From the IMG/VR virus record IMGVR_UViG_3300035670_000636, positions 1 through 37,759 of that record: a DNA stretch of 37,759 nucleotides, one strand, 5' to 3'. Shown here in pieces: positions 26,104-33,141 of this stretch. Source of the stretch: a virus. Its lineage: Duplodnaviria; Caudoviricetes. Each line of letters starts with the position of its first letter. The stretch's first letter is position 1. A program made the position numbers and the translations under genes. The notes below the pieces were generated by a model. It had not been told where the DNA came from. It did not search any database and saw nothing but the letters and a program-made list of their open reading frames with translations.

Positions 26104-26436
26104 ATGAAGCAGCAACACACACCAGGGCCGTGGGTCGTTAGCCACGGATACGACGGCTCAATTTCAGTTAATAGCGCTAACCATGTGCGCCTCAATTTGA
26201 CGACAGCGTGCAAGGTAGTCGTAGCTGACATTTGCAAGCATGAAATGGCCGAGCACTTCAGCGCTGATGCGAACGCCCGATTGATCTCAGCCGCCCCCGA
26301 TCTACTAATAGCGCTACAGGACGTTTGCGCCGTGCTGATGCATGGAGGCGTCAGTCATAACGCAAGCAGTCCAGATCGAACCGCTCTAAACCAGGCCCGC
26401 GCCGCCATCGCCAAGGCGACAGGAGGTGAGGCATGA
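26104..26436 (+). CDS. Phage accessory hypothetical protein (cassette gene 1)
   Basis: GAGAGGA SD; HTPGPW...ANARLISAAPDLL...ARAAIAKATG family motifs. Confidence 0.75.
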   Translation: MKQQHTPGPWVVSHGYDGSISVNSANHVRLNLTTACKVVVADICKHEMAEHFSADANARLISAAPDLLIALQDVCAVLMHGGVSHNASSPDRTALNQARAAIAKATGGEA

Positions 26437-26747
26437 GCACCGACCGCGAACTACTTGAGCTGGCTGCCAAGGCGGCTGGAATTGAACTGATGCAAGGAAT
26501 TACTGAAGACCGACTGCTCAATTCGGCAACTCGGAATTTATGGAACCCGCTAATTGACGACGGCGATGCGCTGCGGTTGGCGGTGAAGCTGGGCATGGAT
26601 GTTTGCTTCGGAGCCAATTACGTCATCGTGCGAGGCTCCGTCCAAAACCCCCTTGTGAACAACGCAAACGACCCCTACGCCGCCACCCGCCAAGCCATTG
26701 TCCGGGCTGCTGCTGAGATCGCTAAGGCGACTGGGGGTGAGGGATGA
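26433..26747 (+). CDS. Phage accessory hypothetical protein (cassette gene 2)
   Basis: DRELLELAAKAAG...WNPLIDDGDALRLAVKL...ATRQAIVRAAAEI motifs; ATGA coupling. Confidence 0.75.
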   Translation: MSTDRELLELAAKAAGIELMQGITEDRLLNSATRNLWNPLIDDGDALRLAVKLGMDVCFGANYVIVRGSVQNPLVNNANDPYAATRQAIVRAAAEIAKATGGEG

Positions 26748-27115
26748 GCAATTTGAGACAAGCAGCGCAGCAGGCGCTGTGGGCGCTTGAGGACATCTTT
26801 GGAAAGGAGAAAGTTGATGTCGGAGCGATCAACGCCCTACGCGCCGCACTTGCGAAGCCTGAACAGGAGCCTGTGGCGGTGGTTCAAGACCTAGACGAGG
26901 TGAAGCGAAAGCGCCTTGTTTACGAACTGGGCTTTGATTGGAAGGACCCGCTTTACGCCTCGCCATTACAGCGCCAGCCGCTTTCAGACGGTTGGATCCT
27001 TGGCATGTGGCCCGACACCGGCTTCCCGCTTGAGGTCATCCGCTTCGCCCGAGCTATCGAACGCTCGCACGGGATAGGCGTTGCAAATGGCACAAGTCCG
27101 GAAAACATCAGTTAA
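26744..27115 (+). CDS. Phage accessory hypothetical protein (cassette gene 3)
   Basis: LRQAAQQAL..LE...LRAALAKPEQEPVA...PLY...FARAIERSHGI motifs; ATGA coupling. Confidence 0.7.
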   Translation: MSNLRQAAQQALWALEDIFGKEKVDVGAINALRAALAKPEQEPVAVVQDLDEVKRKRLVYELGFDWKDPLYASPLQRQPLSDGWILGMWPDTGFPLEVIRFARAIERSHGIGVANGTSPENIS

Positions 27116-27220
27116 TCAATGATTTATGCACCTGATTTTTCACGGCACGTTTTTGGCACAGCGCATGAAAAGTGCGTCAGAAATGGCGCACTGCATCATC
27201 GTCGTAAGTCATTGATTTTC

Positions 27221-27282
27221 TGGCGGAAGGGGTGGGATTCGAACCCACGTTGGGGCAGAAGCCCCAAACCGGATTTCGAATC
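27221..27282 (-). tRNA. 3' half of tRNA-Ser(CGA) with a different variable arm (attP2 core; not a complete tRNA)
   Basis: Minus strand GATTCGAAATCCGGT-TTGGGGCTTCTGCCCCAA-CGTGGGTTCGAATCCCACCCCTTCCGCCA; identical to copy 1 except the variable arm. Confidence 0.85.
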
Positions 27283-27291
27283 TGACCGGGC

Positions 27292-27316
27292 AAAAAAAAG
27301 CCCTGTAGATCAGGGC
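27292..27316 (-). terminator. Rho-independent terminator ending the late/lysis transcript
   Basis: GCCCTG-N5-CAGGGC hairpin followed by T8 on the minus strand, downstream of the holin. Confidence 0.7.
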
Positions 27317-27371
27317 AAATTACTTGAGGAGTCATCGCCGTGACACAGAGTCACGACACAATTTTGGCACA

Positions 27372-27785
27372 TCAGCGCGCGACGCCTTTGCCCTTCTCCC
27401 AGGTTCTCATCCCAGCAATTCCCAGCATACCGCTCAGGATCACCCACAGCGCCTCGGTATCGAGCATGGGTGGTGGCTTAACCTCCGCGGGCACGTAGCC
27501 CTCAGCCTGGGCCCAGGTCCAGGCCCAGACCAGCATCGGATAAAGCAGGAACTGGTAGGCCATGGCAGCTGCGCCTACCCAGCCGATCGCGGGCCTCCAG
27601 CCGGCCACAAACACGCTTGAGCTGGCCGCCTCAACCTTGTTGACCTCCATCTGCGCCAGGTCGGTCGCCTGGTCGATCTTGCGGCCCTCGAGCTCGAGCT
27701 GGATCCTTTCTTTATCGGTAGTGATCAGGTCGGACGCGACCTTGCCCACCGACTCGATGACGGTGCCTATGCCAAGCAGGTTCAT
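27372..27785 (-). CDS. Holin (GTA_holin_3TM-like)
   Basis: QMEVNKVEA.S.SVFVAGWRPAIGWV...LSGMLGIAGMRTWEKGKGV signature. Confidence 0.85.
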   Translation of the reverse strand: MNLLGIGTVIESVGKVASDLITTDKERIQLELEGRKIDQATDLAQMEVNKVEAASSSVFVAGWRPAIGWVGAAAMAYQFLLYPMLVWAWTWAQAEGYVPAEVKPPPMLDTEALWVILSGMLGIAGMRTWEKGKGVAR

Positions 27786-28285
27786 ATGACGTCTTGCAGG
27801 GTGCGGTTGATCCAGCCCAGGAGGAACTTCAGCTGGCTGCGATCGCGGGTCACGATGTCGCGATACCGGGCGATCTTGGCCAGGGCGTAAGCCATGACAA
27901 ACCGGCTTTCGTCGTAAGCATTCAGCGCGGCCAGCGTCTTGTCACCGATGACGCCGTCTGGCGTTGCACCGGCCACCAGCTGCGCGAGCTTGCGCGCCAC
28001 AGCGCCGGCATTGACGTGGAAGTCGAAGATCGTCTGCGCGATCACCTGGCTGGTGATCCTGTCGCCTTTGATCGGGTCCCAGTAGTTGGTCTTGTAGAAC
28101 TCGCGGACCATGGCTGCAGGCACTTCCTGGCCGCGGTCAATCAGGGCCCAGCCAGGCCACTGCGGGTTCATCTTGCGTGCGATGCCGGCGTAGGTTTGAC
28201 CGCCGCGATCGCCAGGCACGTCATGCAGCACGTAGCCGCCTTCGTTGCGGATCATGGCCTCGTAGGCCGGCAGGAAGTCAGCCAC
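27782..28285 (-). CDS. Endolysin, glycoside hydrolase family 108 with peptidoglycan-binding domain
   Basis: EGGY motif, DRGGQTYAGI, DGVIG..TL, FLLGWINR. Confidence 0.9.
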   Translation of the reverse strand: MADFLPAYEAMIRNEGGYVLHDVPGDRGGQTYAGIARKMNPQWPGWALIDRGQEVPAAMVREFYKTNYWDPIKGDRITSQVIAQTIFDFHVNAGAVARKLAQLVAGATPDGVIGDKTLAALNAYDESRFVMAYALAKIARYRDIVTRDRSQLKFLLGWINRTLQDVI

Positions 28286-28518
28286 TACTTGTCAGCCTTG
28301 GATTCGAGCCGGTCAAAGATCTTTGACAGCATCTCCTTGACCTCCTGGATGTCCTGGCGATAGTCGCTCTTCAGCACGTAGGTGTGGGGTAGATCTTTCT
28401 CGAGCTCGCCAAGGTCGCGTTGCAGGCGTTGCTGCGCCTCCCAAAGGACTCGCAACCACCAACCGGCTGCTGCGCATGCGACTGAAATGCCCAGGTTGAT
28501 GATTGTTTGCGCGTCCAC
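28285..28518 (-). CDS. Single-TM coiled-coil lysis-cassette protein (holin/antiholin-like)
   Basis: N-terminal TM helix then LPHTYVLKSDY...IFDRLESKADK; upstream of the endolysin. Confidence 0.65.
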   Translation of the reverse strand: MDAQTIINLGISVACAAAGWWLRVLWEAQQRLQRDLGELEKDLPHTYVLKSDYRQDIQEVKEMLSKIFDRLESKADK

Positions 28519-28521
28519 GCT

Positions 28522-28692
28522 TCACTCCGTTGAGATTGTTTCTGGAGTTGGCCTGGCTTGCGCGATTTGATGCGCGGCTTGGCCTCGGATTTTGGCCGCC
28601 AGCGGCCAGATGTTGGTGCTGGTCGGCAACTGCCCGAGCGTGTCGAGTAGCGCGTTCACTTCGTTGAGCTCCAGCTTGATCGTGATTTCCAT
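28522..28692 (-). CDS. Small hypothetical protein (56 aa)
   Basis: GGAGA SD; MEITIKLELNEVNALLDTLGQLPTSTNIWPLAAKIRGQA...; below ORF-track cutoff. Confidence 0.65.
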   Translation of the reverse strand: MEITIKLELNEVNALLDTLGQLPTSTNIWPLAAKIRGQAAHQIAQARPTPETISTE

Positions 28693-28735
28693 AAAATCTC
28701 CGGCAGGTTGTCGTGGGTTGCGATTTATGTTTTGT

Positions 28736-28752
28736 GTAGCGATTATCGCATC
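28736..28752. promoter_or_regulatory. Putative 17-bp operator GTAGCGATTATCGCATC upstream of the lysis cassette
   Basis: Matches the shared motif; extra half-site GTTGCGATT at 28717. Confidence 0.5.
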
Positions 28753-29203
28753 ATGCTGGACGTATTAACGCGCCCGAAAGGATTGCCGTCACGCCGGTAG
28801 CTGTAGAGGCCCCGTTGTGCATCGTTCCGATCTGGATGTAATCGGTTGAGCCATTCAGATAGAAGATGTCTGAATGCGTGATTCGGGGATACGCGACTGG
28901 GTCAACCGGTACCGATGCCGAGGATGCGATCGCGCCATTCTTAAGCAAATCGCATGAGACGTAGGTGCCGCTCACGCTATTGCTTGCGTAGGACACCAAG
29001 CCATTGATCTGATAGTAGCCAGCTGTGGTCGGCTGAAATCTGCCGTTGCTGGTATTGAACGCGGCCGCAGTGTCGAAGTCCTCACTTAGCCAGGAGGTGA
29101 AGACGGTCGCGCTGACTAAACCACTCGGTACGCTAATGACGTTTGAATTGGCTTTAAATGCTGGTGCGTTTGGCACGTTGCTGATCTTGACTGACTTACC
29201 CAA
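28751..29203 (-). CDS. C1q/TNF-like beta-sandwich protein (tail-fibre tip-like)
   Basis: PAFKA, EDFDTAAAFNTSNGRFQPTTAGYYQING, YLNGSTDYIQI; TTG start uncertain. Confidence 0.65.
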   Translation of the reverse strand: MGKSVKISNVPNAPAFKANSNVISVPSGLVSATVFTSWLSEDFDTAAAFNTSNGRFQPTTAGYYQINGLVSYASNSVSGTYVSCDLLKNGAIASSASVPVDPVAYPRITHSDIFYLNGSTDYIQIGTMHNGASTATGVTAILSGALIRPA

Positions 29204-29238
29204 TCATCGTTCCGTCCTTTCAAGCTGGGCGCTTACCG

Positions 29239-29604
29239 TTAGACTGAAATGGAATCCGCGCCAGCGATCGAATCGGCAGCCGGCACAATCCACTGGCAAG
29301 TTGCTTCGTCTAATACTGCGTCTGGTGTTGGTTTGGGTGGGATAAACGCGTCCCGTTGGGGATCGTAGGTGTAACCGATGCCTGCTGCATTTTTACGAAA
29401 TGATTTTGATTGATCCTCGGACGGTTCATTGGTATCCCACTTGTAATGTACGCCGCCGCGAGTGTTGTAACTTGTTCGTTTGACTTGAAGACGTGTCTCT
29501 TGCGTGTAGAACAATTCCCAATCGTAGATACCATCGGTCTCGTCCTTGCCTGTGATGACCTGAATAACAACATTGTTTCGGTCAAGAAGTGCGTAGTGAG
29601 CCAT
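29239..29604 (-). CDS. Tail-fibre-associated hypothetical protein
   Basis: MAHYALLD.NNVV...RTSYNT...FRKNAAGIGYTYD..RDAFIPPKP motif, typically downstream of Gly-rich fibres. Confidence 0.75.
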   Translation of the reverse strand: MAHYALLDRNNVVIQVITGKDETDGIYDWELFYTQETRLQVKRTSYNTRGGVHYKWDTNEPSEDQSKSFRKNAAGIGYTYDPQRDAFIPPKPTPDAVLDEATCQWIVPAADSIAGADSISV

Positions 29605-29614
29605 TTGTTACTCC

Positions 29615-30949
29615 TTACCAGCTAATCGTGCCAGTACCGGCAGTGAACTTATAAACTTTGTAACCAGCGCGTGTGGTAGTGTCTAACGTGTAAGTCAAAC
29701 CGGCTCCGATAGATGCAAGATTTCTGTATATGTTTGAATAAGCAATGATTACAACACCATTGCCGCCTTTGCCAGATGCACCGCCTTGCGAACCACCACC
29801 GCCGCCGCCTCCTAAGCCATCGGTTCCAGCGGTTCCATTTTGAGACGAAGGGAATGCTGCAAATCCACCGGCACCTCCTCCACCAGCACCGCCACTGCCA
29901 GCAGCCACAACACCACCACCACCGTCAGCACCTCCACCACCCCCACCACCATATGTTACCGATACGCCAGTAATCGTATTAGCGGTTCCGTCGCCACCAT
30001 TTCCACCACGAGTTGACGGGGCTTTTTCTCCAACAGCTGAAGCGCCTCCACCACCACCGCTGTTTTTAACAGAGTTTCCATATCCACCTCCTCCGTTATT
30101 GCCTTGAGACGGCGTTGTAGACGGGGTGTTTCCAGAACCTCCTAGCAATCCTGTCGAGCCGCCATAATATCCACCACCTCCCCCACCAGAGCCGCCGTTT
30201 CCCCCTGCGCTGCCAGTAAACGATTCGCCGCCACCGCCTCCTCCGGCAGATGTAATTGTAGAAAATACAGAATTACTACCTGTATTTCCTGCTCCACCAC
30301 TAGCGGCTTTAGCCGCCCCACCTGCACCAACAGTAACCGTCAAACTTCCTGATACAGCGAACGATGTACTGGTTCTATAACCACCGGCTCCGCCGCCACC
30401 TCCGTAGGTTGAGGCTCCCGAACCGCCGCCACCGACTACTAAATATTCCACTGTTGGTGGGGGTTGTGTAAATAAATATGCTTCCAGCCCAGAATCCACC
30501 AACCACCCTTGAGTGGCATCAACGTAAACAAGACTTGCAGCCCCTCGTTGATTTGCTAAAACTTGATTTGCAGTGCTGCCGTAAATTTTTAGCCCGTTGG
30601 GGTTGATTGTTACGTTATTTGTATTCCACGTTCCGGCGTAGTCAACTAGCGTAATCTGATCTCCTGCCGTAGCAGAAGCAGGTAGCGTGACCGTAAATGC
30701 CGCACTCGTCGTATTACAAGGATAAGCCCGTCCTGCGACTGCGGTAAAGCCTGTGGTTTGGACGGATTGCCACGTTAGACCGCCTCCACTGCCACCAACA
30801 TAAGACAAGCTATTCCAAGCAGTCGATCCGTCGCCGGCTTTGATCTTCTTGGTATCTGTCTCAACGCCAATCTCACCAGCGGCAAGCGTGGGGTTTGCAG
30901 ATGTCCACTGCGACGCAGTGCCCCTGCGAAGTTGAACTAATACTGGCAT
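29615..30949 (-). CDS. Glycine-rich tail fibre / receptor-binding protein with Mtd-N-like N-terminus
   Basis: QLRRGTASQWTSANPTLAAGEIGVETDT..K.GDG.TAWNSL; VEYLVVGGGG Gly-rich domain. Confidence 0.8.
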   Translation of the reverse strand: MPVLVQLRRGTASQWTSANPTLAAGEIGVETDTKKIKAGDGSTAWNSLSYVGGSGGGLTWQSVQTTGFTAVAGRAYPCNTTSAAFTVTLPASATAGDQITLVDYAGTWNTNNVTINPNGLKIYGSTANQVLANQRGAASLVYVDATQGWLVDSGLEAYLFTQPPPTVEYLVVGGGGSGASTYGGGGGAGGYRTSTSFAVSGSLTVTVGAGGAAKAASGGAGNTGSNSVFSTITSAGGGGGGESFTGSAGGNGGSGGGGGGYYGGSTGLLGGSGNTPSTTPSQGNNGGGGYGNSVKNSGGGGGASAVGEKAPSTRGGNGGDGTANTITGVSVTYGGGGGGGADGGGGVVAAGSGGAGGGGAGGFAAFPSSQNGTAGTDGLGGGGGGGSQGGASGKGGNGVVIIAYSNIYRNLASIGAGLTYTLDTTTRAGYKVYKFTAGTGTISW

Positions 30950-33129
30950 TACGCTGTACCTCCATCAATGTTGCCGCCAATACCCCCCCACACCCCGGCG
31001 GAATATCCCTCGAAGGTGTTGGTCGTCGTGTTGTAGCGAATCATTCCGTCCACGCCTGATGGACGTGCTGCGGTGGTTCCCACTGGCAGCGTCAGCGCGT
31101 CTGTGGTGTTGATGATCAGGTTGCCTGTCAGCGTACCGCCCGTAATCGCAAGCGCACCGACGTCTGCCGCGGTTAGTGATCCGGCGGCCTTAAACGTGAC
31201 CATCTGCACCTCATCGCCGGCGTTCAAAGCGCTTGCGAAGGTGACTGTCGTTCCGTTGGTCGCGGTGAAGTCAGCGTCAGCCAGTAGTACGCCGTTGACA
31301 AAGACATACAGGAACCCGACGCGATAGCCGGCTGTGAAGGTAGCTGTCGTCTGGCCTGCTGTTGCCGTGAAGTCGCTGTTGACCACCGTGTCAGGCATCG
31401 AGGCGACTGCCTGCCAGGCGCTGCCGTTGTAGACGCGCATCTCATTGGCGACGGTGTTGAAGTACAGCGCGCCAGTCACCAGCGGGTTGCCGTCGTTGTC
31501 TACGGTTGGGTTTGAGGACTTAGCGCCCAGGAAACGATCGTCAAAGAGGTCGTAGCTGGCCGCTGCATTGGCCGCTGAGGTCGCTGCAGCGCTTGCAGAG
31601 CCTGCCGCTGCAGTCGCACTGCTCGAGGCGTTGTTGGCGCTTGTGGCAGCTGCTGCAGCTGAGGCCGCGGCGCTGGTCGTGCTACCAAAAACGGTGTCAA
31701 TGTAGTTCTTGGTCGCGGCGTCCTGGGCGTTGGTCGGATCACCGAGGCCGGTGATCTTGTAGCTCCCCATCGCGATCGCGCCGGTCATCGTCCCGCCAGA
31801 GAGCGAGAGCTTGGCGGCCAGGAACGTATCAACCTGCGTCTGGGTGTAGGCATCGGTGATGCCGTAGCCGGCCAAACTGGTCGGATTGGTGCCTGCCGTG
31901 ACGCGACCGTACAAGTCAACCGTCACCGACTTGTAGGTGCTAGCCACCACGCCAGTCGCCGCCAGGTCGATCTCGTCTGCGCCGACTACGATGCGCGAGC
32001 TCGAGGCCGTGTTGACGTTGAGCGTGTTGCCGGTCTTGGTCATGCCGGTGCCGGCGTTTATCTGCCCTGCACCGCTAAATTGCGTCCAAGTCACTGCAGT
32101 AGAACCCAGCGTGCCGCCTGCCGTGATCGTGCAGATAAAGCCGCTGTTGGCGTTAACCGTGCCCTGCTCAATAAAGGTAAACGCGGCGATCAGCTCGTCC
32201 CAGGTGTTGGCGTCTGTTGAACGCGACCAGGTGCTTGCAGCCACCACATAGATGCCGTTCTCAGATGCGCTCGATTGATCCTTGACCAGCACACGGTCGC
32301 CGGCAATAACGGCCACGCCGTCGATCGTCTGCGTGCCTGAGAGGGTGATGCTTGCCGTCGTTGCTACCCGGCAGCTGGCCTTTGCATCGATGCCCTGGGC
32401 CACGTTGTCCACGTAGGCCTTGGTCGCTGCATCACCGTCTGCTGTGGGTGTTCCGAGGCCGGTGATCTTCTGGTTCGACATCGCCAGCGCGCCCGTAAGG
32501 GTGCCGCCGGTGAGCGCCAGGCGCAGCGCATCCTGCGCATCCACGTAGGCCTTGTTGGCCGCGTCGCCTGAGTTCGTTGGGTTGGGTAGGTTGGTGATCG
32601 TGCCGGAGCTGCCGACCGCCATATCAAGGTCGCCGTTGATGACGACGTTGTTGAACGTCGAGGTGCCCGAGGCCGCAGTGACGTTGCCAAGAACGCCACC
32701 CGTTGCCGTAATCGCACCAGTCACAGCCAAGGTTGAGCTGAAGTTGACCGCGCCGGTCACGCCAAACGTGCCGCCGATGGTCGCGTTGCCCTGCGCCGTA
32801 AACGCCCTGCCGGAAGGGATCAGAAAGCCGGTCGATGAAACTTGAAACGTATTGACGCCCAAGACCGACATCCACACCGAGCCGGATCCATTGCGATAAA
32901 GACCGGTGTTTGTTTCGTTGGTGTAGGCCAGGCCTGGCGTAGTAATTGTCCCGTCTGCGATACGGAACGGAGCGATCATGCCGCCGGCACCGGTCCTGGA
33001 AAGCGAGTTAGTAATCTCGTTCGCTAGGTCCTCAAGCGTGCTGTTGGCCCACGCTGAATCGATCGTGGTGCCCGGCACAACCGGGTTGCCAGCTGGTAGT
33101 GTGTAGACGCCGCTCGCGTTACGTGGCAT
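30949..33129 (-). CDS. Tail fibre protein
   Basis: MPRNASGVYTLPAGNPVV.GTTI anchor domain; three ITGL..PT...DAATK.YVD-type repeats; Ala/Ser-rich shaft. Confidence 0.8.
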   Translation of the reverse strand: MPRNASGVYTLPAGNPVVPGTTIDSAWANSTLEDLANEITNSLSRTGAGGMIAPFRIADGTITTPGLAYTNETNTGLYRNGSGSVWMSVLGVNTFQVSSTGFLIPSGRAFTAQGNATIGGTFGVTGAVNFSSTLAVTGAITATGGVLGNVTAASGTSTFNNVVINGDLDMAVGSSGTITNLPNPTNSGDAANKAYVDAQDALRLALTGGTLTGALAMSNQKITGLGTPTADGDAATKAYVDNVAQGIDAKASCRVATTASITLSGTQTIDGVAVIAGDRVLVKDQSSASENGIYVVAASTWSRSTDANTWDELIAAFTFIEQGTVNANSGFICTITAGGTLGSTAVTWTQFSGAGQINAGTGMTKTGNTLNVNTASSSRIVVGADEIDLAATGVVASTYKSVTVDLYGRVTAGTNPTSLAGYGITDAYTQTQVDTFLAAKLSLSGGTMTGAIAMGSYKITGLGDPTNAQDAATKNYIDTVFGSTTSAAASAAAAATSANNASSSATAAAGSASAAATSAANAAASYDLFDDRFLGAKSSNPTVDNDGNPLVTGALYFNTVANEMRVYNGSAWQAVASMPDTVVNSDFTATAGQTTATFTAGYRVGFLYVFVNGVLLADADFTATNGTTVTFASALNAGDEVQMVTFKAAGSLTAADVGALAITGGTLTGNLIINTTDALTLPVGTTAARPSGVDGMIRYNTTTNTFEGYSAGVWGGIGGNIDGGTA

Positions 33130-33141
33130 TTCAATAACTCC

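Larger units (their letters stand above)
27088..27371. other. attP2: arm sites, IHF sites, tRNA-Ser core and triple arm sites
   Basis: TGGCACA 27088, CGGCACG 27143, TGGCACA 27154, then TGACACA 27341, CGACACA 27354, TGGCACA 27365; IHF consensus AATCAATGATTTA (+, 27114) and AATCAATGACTTA (minus, 27205-27217). Confidence 0.8.

Noticed and set aside
25935-27282. Two functional phage-encoded tRNA-Ser genes
   Set aside because: Both lack the D-arm and 5' acceptor strand, and the 5' anticodon stem does not pair; they are att cores
25935-27291. CRISPR-like mini-array or DGR template/variable repeats
   Set aside because: Only two copies, clearly tRNA-derived; differences are confined to the variable arm and not adenine-specific; no reverse transcriptase or cas operon in the genome
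27119-27343. 74-aa ORF over attP2 (and 25857..26054 over attP1)
   Set aside because: Translations of att/tRNA antisense sequence (WRKGWDSNPR is the typical tRNA-antisense artefact)
29615-30949. Diversity-generating retroelement suggested by the Mtd-N-like domain
   Set aside because: Only the N-terminal anchor motif is present; no RT, Avd or TR/VR pair seen
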